From Trypanosoma brucei (taxonomy: Eukaryota): a stretch of DNA of 64,000 nt. Where the stretch lies: assembly GCA_000002445.1 (NCBI GenBank), contig CP000067.1:1526433-1590432 (forward strand). The letters are read 5' to 3'. The notes under the pieces are model-generated. The model ran no database searches. It worked only from the letters and a program-made list of their open reading frames with translations, and had not been told where the DNA came from. This document shows, one piece after another, positions 46,741-59,492 of this stretch. Both the position numbers and the translations under genes were made by a program. The stretch's first letter is position 1. Each line of letters begins with the position of its first letter.

Positions 46741-48299
46741 TTAAAACTAAGGAGATGTTTTGCCGATTTAAAGGAGAAAGCAGTGCGAGTTTTCCGATCG
46801 CTTCAAAAGTTCGCAGAAAAAGGTCGGCACCTCTTTGTGCTCGAACACCGGCATTTACCTACAGCGGAAGCCAGCACTTTGTGTGCCGGCGGTCGGACGG
46901 GGCCGCGACGGCGGTATATTTGGCTTTGCCGTGGGTGCTCCAGACACATCCGCGTCATTTCAGCAGTTTTCCTTTATTTATCTTGTGGTAGCTGTTGGCC
47001 TTGACACAGTGCATTACCGCTTTTGTTTTTCAGCCTGCGTTCTATGCGTTAACTGGCTTTTAGCGACGAAATCCCCTCTAAAAACAAAATTTCTAACGGA
47101 AATTTGTCGCTTTTCGGCTCCTCTCCTTTTTTGATTCAATACCGCATGTGCTATTTGCTCTTCTGTTTTCCTTGGTCGCTTACTTCCTTCATCTACCTGA
47201 CCTTGGTATAGTGTGTCAATCGATGTGCTTACCTTGTTGCTTTTTTGAATTAAAAAAACATTAGGTTATCCGAAGGTGTTCCACTTTTTTGAATTTAAGC
47301 TACATCATTCTATGTTTCTATCTCAAGTATCTGCCATTTGTGATTAGTGTGTGCTTCTAGTGCGGTCCAATCTATGTTGTATGTGGGCGCTTCGTCTATG
47401 AAACGCTGACATTTTACTTGTACGTGACGGTCCTGGGCCCTTTGCAGCATTATCATAGCTTATTGTTTGTCTTTTTTGTCTTCTGTCAAGAAAAATGGTC
47501 CTGAATACGCCCGTTTTATCGACATTCCTTTATAAACGCCATGAATGCCACATCAGTGTGTAGTATTATACGACTTCGCAGTTTCTTGAATGGGTTCAAC
47601 GGTTTGCCATTGAGTCGGTAGGGTTAGGGCAGAGTATCATTTGAAACTTTTTCCACATCATATGAAGGTCCCCCGTAGCTTGGTTCATGCGCTACGTTAA
47701 GTAGTTTCCGTGTTTCTATTGCTATTTTTCTGTCCATTGTAACTTATTAGTGGTACAAATTTAAAATCATCTTCCCGATAAAACTATACTGTTTCCAACA
47801 AATGTTGACTATCATTACCATTTCTTATGATAAGAATAATCCAACATTACCTTCGCACTTACTCAACTTTTTTTCACTCCTGTACCGTGGGCATCGCTGT
47901 ATATTATGATCAACCATAAAGTTCAAATCCGCAGACTACACCATAATTTCTGAAACAGAATCTATACATAAGAAAAATGGTGAACATTATCTATTTTTCG
48001 TTGTCATTTATTTTCCTCTTTTTTCTGCTATGATGCATTTTGTTGTTACATTCTATATACCCCTTTTTTCCGTCTCATTTTTCTGGTTATGCTAACAACT
48101 AAGTGACTCGAGTTAACCTCTAAAATGGACTCGCTTATTTCATAATTGTGCCTTACATTATCCCCATCTGTATGATTATTTTCATTGTTACATTATCATG
48201 TAACACTTCAAATGATCCATTTCCCTTCCTTACATTCATTCCACTCACACATTCGAGTTAGTACTTTCATTTTTGTTGTACATGTGTGTTTTTACCATC

Positions 48300-48370
48300 A
48301 TCCTATTTATAATATTTGTATACACACATCCACAACACATTCCTATTATTATTACTATGCTAACTATTAT
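48300..48370 (-). repeat. 70-bp repeat unit
   Basis: CCTATTTATAATATTTGTATACACACATCCACAACACATTCCTATTATTATTACTATGC. Confidence 0.7.
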
Positions 48371-48573
48371 CTGTAAAATAAGCAAAGTAAACAAATCAGA
48401 ATATATCTTATATTTGGTACTCTATCAATTATTACGTTGCACCCATGAGCCATTGACATGCATATCACTAAAGATAAAGTTTATTAATTTTCACAGTTTC
48501 ATAAAAAAAGTGTTAAAATATTTAAAAACAGCTAGGAAGTTAAATAAATTTTCATAAAATTGAGCACATATCC

Positions 48574-50145
48574 TTAAAATACGACCAAACTCATAAAAGC
48601 AGCGGAAATTAGAGACAGTTTATTATTGACGAGAAAACTACCATTTCGACACTTCTCCTTTTCTGACTCGTGTTCAGGTTCACCCTCTTTGCCCTTTCTA
48701 AGTTCACAATATTTCCTTTCGACTTTTTTATCATTTTAACAAGCGGTCTTATATTTGTGCCTTACACACCCAGTTTTGATTGCTCCTTCTGTTTCTGCTT
48801 ATTTTCCTGCTGCTTGTTTTTTCCTGCCTCACTCAATGTGCACTTTTTGCTCTTTTCGCCTTCAGAGTTAAAAACACCCTTGACTCTCTAGTTTTTCACC
48901 CTCTTCTTGCTTATCCCTTCCTTTGGTATTGCATTCTTTCTCCTTTTCGTCTGTTGATTTTTTCTGCTGGCTTGTGGCCCTATTTTTTAATTCTGTCCCC
49001 AGATCTATTTTCTCTTTGGTGGATGCGATGGTTGCGCGCAGAAGAAGCGCTGTTAGTTTCTGTACGTCGTTGATTTTTCCTAGTGGTGTTGCTGCCTTCA
49101 TTTCTAATGCGCCTGAGGTTATTTCATGTGCTTCCACTTCCTCTATGAACTCGGAAATGGCTGTGTTGAGTGGTTTTGAAAATAGTTGGTCCAGTTGCGG
49201 CTTCGTCTCACTGTCTGGGGCCGCTTCTTTGTTTAGCGCGATGTACGCTACAGCAGCCTTAAGATCGCTGTCAGCATCCGTTGTGAGTGTGGCATTGTCG
49301 TATTCTGCGCTGTTGACGTTCTTTATTTCGTTTGCGCCTGCTGCCGCGTCTTTCCAGGTCCTTGCGCTGGCGTCGTGTTCCGTTGCTAAGGTTGTGAGTT
49401 TGGCGCCTGTCAGTCTGCTGTCGCCCCGGGCCCCGCTGAAGATGCCGCCACCGTAGTAGACTGTTGCTGCGTCTTGTTGTGCCGTCTTCCCGAAGCCGGT
49501 TCCGCTGAGCGTCAAAAAATTGCAAGCTTTGGTGCTTGTTTGTTTCGTGCTTCCGGCTTCGGTTGGCAGCGGCTCCTCGCTGAAACCTTGTGGTGTTAGT
49601 ATCGTCAGCTCGCTGTACGTTGGAGCCGGTGCCTTTCGTGTTAGCGAACATTCGGTGTCCCCGATTTTCCCATGTGTTTTGGCTACTGGGTTTCCGCTAC
49701 CTGAGTCGCCGTTTACTAAGCAACCGTGTGAGCTGCTCTTGGTCTGCGCCATAAGTTCCAGCAGCTCGTCGACGCGGCCTTTGGCATACAGAGCCGCTGC
49801 CACTCCGTTTATAGCCTTCTTGCTTGCCGTCGTCAAGCCGGCAGTTGTGGCCGCGTCCGCCTTGCGGCTCAGCCAGAGAGCTAGTGTAGCTGCTTTTGTT
49901 CGTGCTGTGTCGTCTTGCGCTTCCGTTGCGTATATCTGCAATCGGAGCGGCGTCTGCTTGTTTTTAACCCTGATGGTGTTGAAAGCTTGCAGGCGCTCTG
50001 CCGCGTTGCCTTGCACTTTGTTTAATTCTTCACTTATGGTGCAGAATTTGCTCCAGGCGCCCTTGTCAAGGCCATCTCCAGCCGCTTGCTGAGCTTGCCG
50101 TGCCGTGTAGTGAACACACGCCAGTGCCAAGAACAGGAACTTCAT
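48574..50145 (-). pseudogene. VSG, near-intact (signal peptide MKFLFLALACVHYTARQAQQAAG; 425-aa ORF then a frameshift inside the C-terminal domain; GPI signal EKCRNGSFLVNNKLSLISAAFMSLVVF)
   Basis: Minus ORF 48868-50145 ends ..ESQGCF. The C-terminal domain and GPI signal continue in another frame down to 48574. A 16-mer variant AAGTGTTAAAATATTTAAAAACAG lies near 48512. Confidence 0.75.
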
Positions 50146-51589
50146 GGTATTGGCCTCCTCTAGTTTCTTTGGCCTTGGCCGCTATTAGGCTTCTTTTTTT
50201 TGTGAATTCTGATTTGAAGCTTCTTGTTCGCCTTCTCTCTTGCAGAATAGAGTCAGATTCTGATTTGGGTGCGTGTCTTCGCTTTTTAGTTGTCTATTTG
50301 ATAAGTAGTAGCTTTCTATTTTTTGGATTTCCGTTAAAGATCATGCCTGTAGTTCAGTTGCTTTTTGTTTTTATGGTTAGTGTTTGTGCAGTTCTGTTTG
50401 GTGAATTGTGAGAAGTACAGAACGTAGTTGTGGCTCCAAGTATTTTCCTGTGATGAACACTGCTGCATCCGTGGCCTGACGACAAGGGGGCTACATTTTA
50501 AGTACTTCTGCTTCGCCTTAAATGCCGGTTGCATTGTTACGCGACTCTTTATGTTTGATTCACTTCGATGCATTTTAGTCTGGAACATGCCTTTCTTCTT
50601 TAAGGGAATAGAGATGAATATGGTATCCGCTTTCATCTCAGTACACTTTGCCAATCACTCAGACAGCCCGCACGCATGTTGAAACAACATGGCAATCAGG
50701 GGTACGGCTGCTGCTCTTTTTGCCATCACCTCGTCTTTGCCTGGCCGCCAGAAAGAACGATGACATCGTTAAGGTTGCAAAACTGCTGTTTTTCCTATTA
50801 TGTACGGCTCAATTTGTAATTCTAGGAAACCTTTCACTGCTTTTACAAACTTTTCGGTGCCTGAATTTCTGTTTTTTAGTTTGTACGCGCCTTTAACTTG
50901 TGTGGAAAGCCGTTTTTGTCAGGATGCCCATACGGATAGTCTAGCTGGTTTCTCTATGGGGATACTTTCTCGATTTCTACGAGAATGCCAGGGTTCAACC
51001 ATGTACAAGCACCCAATCCATCCTTGGCGAGCATCAATAAATATTTCACTCCATTCTGGCGGCAAGGTCCCACGATTAACCACCGAATACCTGGTGTTCC
51101 TTGTGACTGACTGCCAGCTGACAGCGGCATCAAATTAAAAAATAAAACGACCTTCCTCTATCGTTTAGTCTACCCATTTTGTTGTGATATGCAGCACAAG
51201 GTATCCTAGGCCTGATATATCTTTTTTCTTTGAACCGCATTGTAATGTATTGTGTCATTTCATTCAACCTTTTCTTTTTTCTTCTATTGTTGTTACTACT
51301 TCTGAGAGTAGCATAACAGACCCCATCTTCAAGTTACGTTGAACCATGTTTCTTCATGATCACCACCTCGTTCTCCTTGTGTATATTGGTTACACCCTTC
51401 ATCAACCCTACCTTTGGCACTGCGTACATTCACCATGCTCCCCTTCTTTGTTTGCTGCGTTTTCTTTGATAATATTCTACGCTCTCACTGTCCCTCTCAC
51501 ATGGTATCCCGCTCATTCACTATTTCCCGTTGCACATTTCTACTGTTTTAAGTGCTCCTATTTTTTAGGTCATTGGGTCTTCACCACTG

Positions 51590-51665
51590 TTCGTATTGGA
51601 ATATTAGTATACCTACACTCATAACACTCTTCTATCATCATCATTATTATTTTTGTACTTATCGT
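51590..51665 (-). repeat. 70-bp repeat unit (degenerate)
   Basis: TATTAGTATACCTACACTCATAACACTCTTCTATCATCATCATTATTATTTTTG. Confidence 0.6.
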
Positions 51666-51943
51666 TACAATTATGGCCATCACTAATGTATACAAAAAAA
51701 TCAAAATAGAAATACGTTGAAAGAGCACTCATTATCCATACCTCATCACCATACTACTTTAACCCATAAACAACTTTAATACGTGTTTTTAACGATTTAT
51801 ACTGATTTTGTGGATTTCATGAAAAAGTGTACGAATATATCATATGTTAGGAAGTATGTCAAATTCTCACAAATAGCAAATTTCATAAAGTTTTATGAAT
51901 TTCTTTAATTTGAGCAAAAATACTTAAATTCTTATATTGCTAC

Positions 51944-53377
51944 CTAACTCATAAAAACAGCAGCAATCACAGCGAATTTGCTTTTGAGGAGAAAACTGGG
52001 ATCCTTGCAATTTTCACCCTCCCATTTGCAATCTGGAGATTTGCAGTCATCCTTTTTCTTATCTTTTCCTTTATCTGTTGGTGTCTCGGTTCCTGTAGTT
52101 TGAGGTTGTGTTGCAGAAACACTCTTCTTTTTTGCCTTTTCTGCATCTAACTTGCACTTTTTATTGCTGTCAGTTTCTGTTTTATTATAACTACATGCTG
52201 CGGTTGCATTGCAAGCCGTTTCTTATTTTATGGCGTAGCAGACGTCTTCTGTGACTGATGTATCGCATTTTAGTGGCTCTGATGGCTTTGCTAACGCTTT
52301 GACAAGCATATCCCTTGCAACCGTCTTTCGTTCTTTGTTTTTCTCTGTTTGGGTTCCTGTTAAAAATTGCTTGAGCTCTTTATGTAGGTTAGAGAAGACG
52401 GTCTTTTTTATAGTTATTTCTTTGGCTTCGCCGGGCATACCTAAATAAGTGCCTTCAACTTTGGTGTCGTCGATCTGAGGGTCGGTGTCCTCTCCGAGGT
52501 TAGCTAGCTTTTTTAGAGTGGCGAGAGTGTTTTGCAGTGCTGACGTTACTGCGGTGTATCGGCTCTGTGTTTCCATTATTGCCGATGTCGACGGTTTTGT
52601 GTGTTGCGTGCTCCAAGCGTTATTGTTGCAAGCCGTTCCTGCTATATTGAGTAATTTTCCGGTTAGATACAGGGTAGCTTCGTTGCCGTTGGCGTGGTTC
52701 AGTATCCCGTGGCTTTGCATGGTCGCGCTTAAGTGGCAGGTGCCGTTGCTGTTGGCTCCAAGGGTTGCTGCTGACCCTTTGCCGGATATTTCGGCTGTCA
52801 GACTTGTCAGATCAGGAGCGGCTGTTACTTCTGCGTCACCGTAGTTTAGCTTTACGTTGCTCCCAATTACGCAATTAGGTATGTCTTCTTTTGTCGCCAC
52901 CTGATCGCCACTGTTCGCTCGTGCCATACAGTACGCGTGTCCAGCACCCGTGTTTGTTCTCGCTTTGAAAAGCATCTCTGTCGTTTCGCTTATTTGCTCC
53001 GCGAGCATCGCCGCCGAAAGGCTCGCTTTTATGAACCCTGGAAGGTGTACACAGAGCGCTTGTTGTGCTTTGCCGAATTTCGAGCTGATGTACATTTAGG
53101 CATTTAAGTTGTCGTCAGTAGGTTCAATTAGCCCCTTTTTAAACATGAGTTTTAGGTTTATTGCCGTCGCCTTTAGTTTTGTTTCTTCTTCTGGTATTTT
53201 TGATGCCATTGTTGTTGCAAAGTGACCTATCTCTCTTAAAGTTTTGGAGATCCCACAGGCTAGGTTGAAGCCCGCTGCAGGCAGCGATTCTTTGGTTCCA
53301 CTGCCTGAATGACAATTGCGTGGAAACATATGAAAAGTTGCGCTATCGCTTTCAACTGCATCTTGTTTCCTTTTCAC
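51944..53377 (-). pseudogene. VSG pseudogene (no signal peptide; in-frame TAA between 53096 and 53095; GPI signal DPSFLLKSKFAVIAAVFMS)
   Basis: Minus ORFs 53096-53377 and 52223-53095 are adjacent and in frame, separated by a stop. The C-terminal domain (..DDCKSPDCKWEGENCK..) and GPI signal are read from 51944-52222. Confidence 0.7.
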
Positions 53378-54189
53378 TTACAATTTGAATAGAAAAATGA
53401 GTTTCATTATGCTTCTCGTCAGACACCCATGTTATTACCACCAAATGCACGCATTTGAGCTACAATTTTTGCACTGTAAATTTCAATATACCTTGATCTA
53501 TATTTTTTTCTAAAAAATATAAAATTTGTGTCGGTCACTGGAGGCTGTCAGCTGTTATTGTGAGTGAAGTGTTTTGACTTGGAATGACAAGATAGAGTTG
53601 CTTTTAGTTATCTGTGACGTACTGTTGTTTTGTAGCACAGATGCTTCAAACTGGATAATGTGTGAACAGAACGTAGACTCGTCGGTCTTTTTGTCCAATT
53701 AATCGGTGACATCATGTGCTTATCGGTAACAACTTTTATATGTATTACTCACTCCTTGAAAAGTCTTAATTTCCCCCCGCACATCAATACAAAATTGGAG
53801 GAGTATCAGTATCGATTCTCTACACCTCACACAACTCTTCCCTCTAGCGTACACGTGTGCCGCTACTCTTTTCTTACTGTTCTTTACTTTAACTCTACAC
53901 ATTAGCATCTCTCATTTCTACATGTGCTGACAATCTAATAGTAAAATTTCATCTTTCACTGACGTGCGTTTTCTATGGCAGTGGCCTTAGTATGCTTTCG
54001 TATAATTATCCTTTGCTCTTTTACGCTTTTGAAAATGCTTATAATCTGCACCCGTCTCTGCATCATCTATTATAATAATGTTCCTGGTCGGTACTAGATA
54101 ATATTTTTCGCTTAGGTATTGCAATTACACAATTTCTATTATTTATGTGCTTGTATTTTGGATTTCTATTTTTCGAATAACCATTACTG

Positions 54190-54258
54190 CTCTTATTATA
54201 ATATTAGTATACACACACTCACAGCTCCCTCCTATGATTATTATTATTATTATTATAG
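54190..54258 (-). repeat. 70-bp repeat unit
   Basis: CTTATTATAATATTAGTATACACACACTCACAGCTCCCTCCTATGATTATTATTATTATTATTATAGTG. Confidence 0.75.
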
Positions 54259-54447
54259 TGTTCTTAACTCCCGTTTTTATTATAAACCTACTTAATGTCT
54301 ATAATTAAAAAAACAAAACATATTAGAGTACCGCTCATTTTTTGCACCACATCAGCCTACTACTTAACAATGGCATGCCACTTTCATACCAAATTTTTAC
54401 ATTTTCTATTCCTTAAATTTCATTAAAATTTTTATTCTTTTCAAGCA

Positions 54448-54463
54448 GTGTTAAAATATATCA
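54448..54463 (-). promoter_or_regulatory. VSG 3'UTR conserved 16-mer
   Basis: The plus strand reads GTGTTAAAATATATCA. Confidence 0.8.
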
Positions 54464-54529
54464 AATTTTGGCAAATTTATTAATTATAGTAAATTCTATG
54501 AAAATAGTAATATTTCATAAATTTTATTA

Positions 54530-55100
54530 ATTTGAGCAAGAATCCTTAGAAAGCCATACTTCTACTAAAATCAAAAAAGCAGTAACCGTAATTATAGACA
54601 ATTTGCTATTGAAGAGAAAACTGGAGGAGTGGCACTCCGGCTTGGGAAGCTTTCCAGTACCATCAACAAAATCAATCCATTCAGATACTGCTTTCTCACC
54701 AGGTTCGACATCCTTGTTTTACGCTTCACAGGATTGCTGGGTTTGATGTTTACTGCAATCTACCCCAGAACATGTCTGTCCTGTTCCTGCTTTAGGTTTG
54801 CATTCCTTTGTGGCGTCATCATAGACGCAGTCGACACTCGCACACCCTGCCGCTTTTTTGTTTTTTGGTTTGCATTTATTTTCTTGACATGGTGAGCTTG
54901 TTGCTTTGTTTCTGCGGTGTATTTTTGGACATGCTGATTATGGAGCCCTGCATTAAGATTTTTGACGGCCGCCGCCGGATCTGTTGCGGCATGGCTATGC
55001 GCCTGAATTGCCCTGCTGATGCTTCAGCTAATTGTTCGAGGGCTCCGGCTGCTTTGTCTAGCTTGCTTTGCCGCGCCACGAGCGGTACAGTCCGCTATGT
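54530..55100 (-). pseudogene. VSG C-terminal fragment (end of N-domain plus Cys-rich C-terminal domain plus extended GPI signal SSFLFNSKLSIITVTAFLILV...)
   Basis: Minus ORF 54876-55079. The minus-strand reading of 54560-54900 gives CKPKNKKAAGCASVDCVYDDATKECKPKAGTGQTCSGVDCSKHQTQQSCEA*NKD..GKLPKPECHSSSFLFNSKLSIITVTAFLILV. Confidence 0.6.
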
Positions 55101-55319
55101 CGGCTGGCTTTAGCTGCAAAACTCAATATTCTGTTACTTACAAATATTGGTACATGTGTCTTTTTTCGACTTGAAAAGGCAATTCAGCTGAGTCAGTACG
55201 AGTTCCGTTTGCCAGTGCTTCTCAAAAATAAAAAACTAGTCCCCGTTGCGTCGTAAATGCAGAGCTGAAATTCAAAAAGGCGACAAGAACAAATGTGTAA
55301 CAACACGGGTTGGCGTCTC

Positions 55320-55900
55320 AGGTGAGAAATAGGTTAAAAATATAAAACAAAAATGTCTGCGGGGTAAATAAGGGTTAGGATCCGCATAAAAAAAAGAGCC
55401 GCTGCATCACCTAAAAAAATAAAAAGATAAAGCCGCAACGCTTCACTTCTAGTAAAAAAAACCGAAAAAATTAAAATTCCTAACCCAAATAACCCTATTA
55501 AAATTTTTACTTCCTTTTATTAATTCCAGTAAGAACAAAAATTTCAGGATAAGCAGCAAAATTTAAAAAATAAGCCTAAATTTCTAACCCTAAAAATATA
55601 AAAAAATTGGAAAAAAATTATACTTGAAAATTTGTGAAAATCAAAAAAAAATCTAAAAAGCAGTAAAACTAATAACTCAAGGAGAAATAGTCAAAAATAT
55701 CAAAAAATGTCAAAAATTGAGCAAAAAAATCGAACGAAAAAATTCTAACCCTAAAACCTAAAATAAAAAACCTAACCCTAAAATTCAAGAAAAGGAACAG
55801 TTGAAAACGAGGATAAAGTTTTTACTCAACAAAAAAATTCACAGAATCAGAATTTTTACAACCAACAAAAAAATCGGCAGAATTTAGGTGTTAAAATATA
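55320..55900. repeat. A-rich block with degenerate telomere-like hexamers (CCTAACCCAAATAACCCTATTA at 55479-55500; CTAACCCTAAAA at 55584; CTAACCCTAAAACCTAAAATAAAAAACCTAACCCTAAAA at 55745-55786; GGGTTAGG at 55361), immediately 3' of the VSG at 55958-57678; paralogous to 14400-14965
   Basis: The hexamers are directly visible. Extended similarity to 14520-15060 includes the VSG 3'UTR and the last ~100 nt of CDS. Confidence 0.6.
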
Positions 55901-55903
55901 TCA
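55888..55903 (-). promoter_or_regulatory. VSG 3'UTR conserved 16-mer
   Basis: The plus strand reads GTGTTAAAATATATCA exactly. Confidence 0.8.
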
Positions 55904-55957
55904 AATAGCAAAATTTTATCAAAAATTCTTTAAGGAAAGGGAGGGGGAAATTTTGTT

Positions 55958-57678
55958 TTAGAACAGCAAGGCCATAAATGCAGCAGAAACCACGCTGAGG
56001 GCGAATTTTCTGTTGAGGAGGAAGCTGGAATCCTAACACTTGTTTTCAATCCAACCACAAACAGCTTTTTTATCTTTCGGAATATCACCTTTTACTGCAG
56101 CACATTCTTCGGGGGGTTTTGCCGCACTACACTTATCTGTTGTTTTTGTCTCCTCATTTCCTTCTTTTCCTGCTTGTGTTGGTGCTTGTTGTGCTACATG
56201 CGTCTCATTCAATTTGCAGTGTTCTCCATCATCGTCATTTTTGCCTTCCCATTCACATTTTGGCTGCTGTTCTTTGCATTGTGCTTCTTTGTTTATCGCC
56301 TCGAAATGCCCTTTTACTTGGAGGGTTTGGGTGCTGCTTTGGGTTGGGTTTTTAGATGCAGCGGCCATGAGGACTGCCGTCAGCTTTTCCGCAGTTCTAG
56401 TTGAGGCTTGAGGTTGAAGGCTTGTTTCTTTACGTTTTCTAGTTTTTCGATTAGTGTCGTGATCTTTTACGCCTGTGCTGCTTGGTCCGCTAGCATCGTT
56501 GCAGTGTCAGCGAGATTGGTCCGCCAGAGCGCTTGCCGAAGTTTCTTGGCGTCTTCTTTGGTTGCTGTTTTGTAGATTACGCACAGGCCGTCATTGCTGC
56601 TGCCGCCGCAGCTTGTTGCTGTTAGCGTGCCAAATACTACGTATTTGTGCTTTGCCTGGGCCTTGCCTAGAAGAGATGCTAAAGGCTCTAGTATGTCTGT
56701 AGCTGTTACCTCTGTTGCAGGCGGAGTCGGGCATAGACCTGCTAATGCTTTTACGTCTGCTGCTGCGTTTGTCATTGCTGCTGTTGTTGCTTGTGCGCCG
56801 GTCTGTTCGTTGGTGCACGGCTTGAAGTTACCCGAACCGTCACCGCGCTCCCCGGCGCAGATGCAATACAGAAGGTCTGCGATGCTTGTTGCTTTTGTTT
56901 CCGTCAGCGTGTTTTGTCCGCAATAGGCTGAGCGCGATGTGCCCGATGCTGTGCCACTTGCTAGTTTGTTGCCGCTTCGGTCCGTGATTTGGTTCACTCC
57001 TTCGCCGTACGCTGCCGTTGCTAATTTCTGCCGCAATTTGGCTTTTGTTATCGCCGATTCGCTGGTTAGCTGGTGGGGGAGGTCTGAATAGGTTGCGGTT
57101 GCGTCCTCGGCGAACGGCTGAAGCATGGCTAGGAGTTGTGTTCTGTCTTCAGGCGTGATTGCATTGAGTCCCGCTGCTTTTTCTGTTGTCTTGGCGCCCT
57201 TTTTCTTGTCTAGCCCTTCTTCTGCCTCTTTCCAAAGATCCCAGCGCTGTTTGTGCAGTGCGTCGACTTTTTCGCCTTTGCTTTTGTATTTTGGTCTCTC
57301 TTTTTCACCACTTTCTGATTTTTCAAATTTTTTCGCTATGTTTGGTCGCTTAGGGAATTGTTCAGCTTCATTATCTCTTGAAAGGCTTTTTTCCTGCTGT
57401 CCGCCGACGGCAGCTCTGGCTGTTGCCGGTTTGGCAATGTGATTAGAGTTCAGAGATCTAGAAAAAGGTGTGTATTTTCTCTTGCACTGACTGCATCCCC
57501 AGAATGATTGGTCGCTAGTAGTGCTGCTGCCGCTACCAAAATTAAAAGGTGTTTCTTCAACATGTCTTGACTTCTTTAGGAATAAGATATCCCGGCTTGT
57601 GCCGGGAACCGGCGAAAAGATTTCTTTTTGTTTGGTATTCGTAGCTGAAGTTGTTTTAAGTGAGATTATATGAGACAC
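55958..57678 (-). pseudogene. VSG pseudogene, type-B-like (no signal peptide; frameshift about 56368-56467; TAG converts CGWIENKC-K to a stop before the GPI signal DSSFLLNRKFALSVVSAAFMALLF)
   Basis: Minus ORFs 56467-57678 (..LLYCICAGERGDGSGN..GLCVIYKTATKEDAKKL..) and 56033-56368 (Cys-rich C-terminal domain ending KKAVCGWIENKC). The tail is read from 55958-56032 and is almost identical to the tail of the VSG at 15037. Confidence 0.75.
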
Positions 57679-57782
57679 TTCTTTCGTTCTTTAAGCTTTA
57701 TTGCGCGCTGTCGTCTACTGTTCGGTTGTTTTATTTACAACCTTTTAGCCAAAAAATCTTCATTTACTCTTTTAACACCGAG

Positions 57783-58640
57783 TCATACCGTATTCAAATC
57801 CCCTTTCCTCCCATCTACAGCATAACTCTCAATCTTACACATCTCTGTTGTCATGAATTTCATACATTTCAAATCTCCATACATGATAATATGTTTCATA
57901 ATCAGTCTCGCTTTTTTATTCCACGCAATTGGCTGCCAAGGAAAATGGATAAATGGGACTTCTCCAATCACCTCATTATTCAGAATAGAAAACAATTTCT
58001 CTCTTCATAATCTACTCCAATCGTTCCTCTCCTCAAGACGAATCTCTTTCCAACAGCTTCTTCCTGAAACGCCCTCCAAATTAGCAATGTAGCATAAATA
58101 CTCTTCTCTGACCACCACTCCTCACTTCCCTTTAGTAACTCTCCAAAAGTATATTCATATTTCTTAAACGCCCAAACTCATGCTATTAAACCTCCACCGC
58201 TAAGATAAGGGTTTTCCACTAGGAGGTGATTTCAGTAAATTAGGTAATTTTTTATCCACTTCTTTTCTGTAACCCACATTAAAAAACCAATAACATCTCT
58301 GTACATGCTCCTTGTAACTATGTTCTTGCATAATTTTTTTGTCATTATCTGCAGTATTTTGTATAAAATATTCCACAGCTTTCTCATACCCCTCTTCATC
58401 ACTAACTATAACATCAGATCCATCCAAATGAATTACAATACCCTCATCACTTTCATTATGTTTCTCTTAAATATTCCATTACCCATCTAGTCCTTTTAAC
58501 ATGACTATACAAATCTCCTATCGCAATTGTGATAATTACAACATTGCTTAGTTTGGCACTCAATATGAGCCTATACCTTCTTGAGTTGCATGAGTTTGAG
58601 CGACGATCACAAATACTTTTGGTTCTCATATTCCTGTTAT
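57783..58640 (-). pseudogene. Second pseudogene copy of the unassigned family seen at 20685-21797 (frameshifted; N-terminal TM region missing)
   Basis: Minus ORFs 58200-58427 (DGSDVIVSDEEGYEKAVEYFIQ..VQRCYWFF) and 57783-57995 (VIGEVPFIHFPW..ARLIMKHIIMYGDLK), plus out-of-frame ILSAKLSNVVIITIAIGDLYSHVKRTRWVMEYLRE (58450-58560) and WVWAFKKYEYTFGELLKGSEEWWSEKSIY (58030-58120), all parallel the 20685-21797 copy. Confidence 0.45.
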
Positions 58641-59174
58641 ATTTTTTCTTTATAATATTAAAGATATATTGAGGTTATACACAGTAAATAAAATATGAAC
58701 TGTATGAGTAAAGGTCTCAGATACCACATTTTATTTTTCAATATACCTACAAATATGAGATGGTAATAAGAAAAAAGTAGAAACCTTAAGAAAATTGTGG
58801 ATTCAATCAGAACTAAATTTAATTTTTCCGATAAGTTTCCCATTTCTATTACGATGTAAACTGCTTTGCATCAAAATCCAAAGCATCAATATTTATGATC
58901 CTTAGTGACACCTATCACTGCGAATAACGTAGCGACTCCAGATCCACGACTACTGCACTTTGTCATACACAATTGTTTCCTCTATCACATTATTGTGTAT
59001 TATAGCGCCATATATGTTTATGTATGGAATTGTGCATATTCCATTTCTATTTCTGCTCTTCGTTCCATCATAATATTTCTCTTTTAATCTCCCTTCCCTC
59101 CGTTTATTTTTTTATCGAACCACTACAACTGTTTTAAGTGCCTCTGTTTTGCTGTTAATTCAGTCTTCACAAAT

Positions 59175-59250
59175 AATATTATTATAATATTTGTATATAC
59201 TCATTCACAACACACTTCTATCACAATTACTTTTACCATACTACTATATA
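59175..59250 (-). repeat. 70-bp repeat unit
   Basis: TAATATTATTATAATATTTGTATATACTCATTCACAACACACTTCTATCACAATTACTTTTACCATACTACTAT. Confidence 0.65.
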
Positions 59251-59415
59251 TATTACTGTCATAACCCTGAATAATGTCCACAAAAAAATTAGAAAATTAT
59301 AGTATAACTCATTTTTCATACACTACAACTTTGCGCACACAGGTCACTTTCAAATAAAAATTCGTATTTTCTAGCGTGCTAAAGTCTGCATATTTTTAAA
59401 TGTTTTTATCATAAA

Positions 59416-59431
59416 GTGTTAAAATATATCA
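59416..59431 (-). promoter_or_regulatory. VSG 3'UTR conserved 16-mer
   Basis: The plus strand reads GTGTTAAAATATATCA exactly. Confidence 0.8.
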
Positions 59432-59492
59432 AATGTTAAAACTTTTTTCTAAAAAGAAAGTTTTCATAATATTAAGAAAAAATCTTTAAAAT

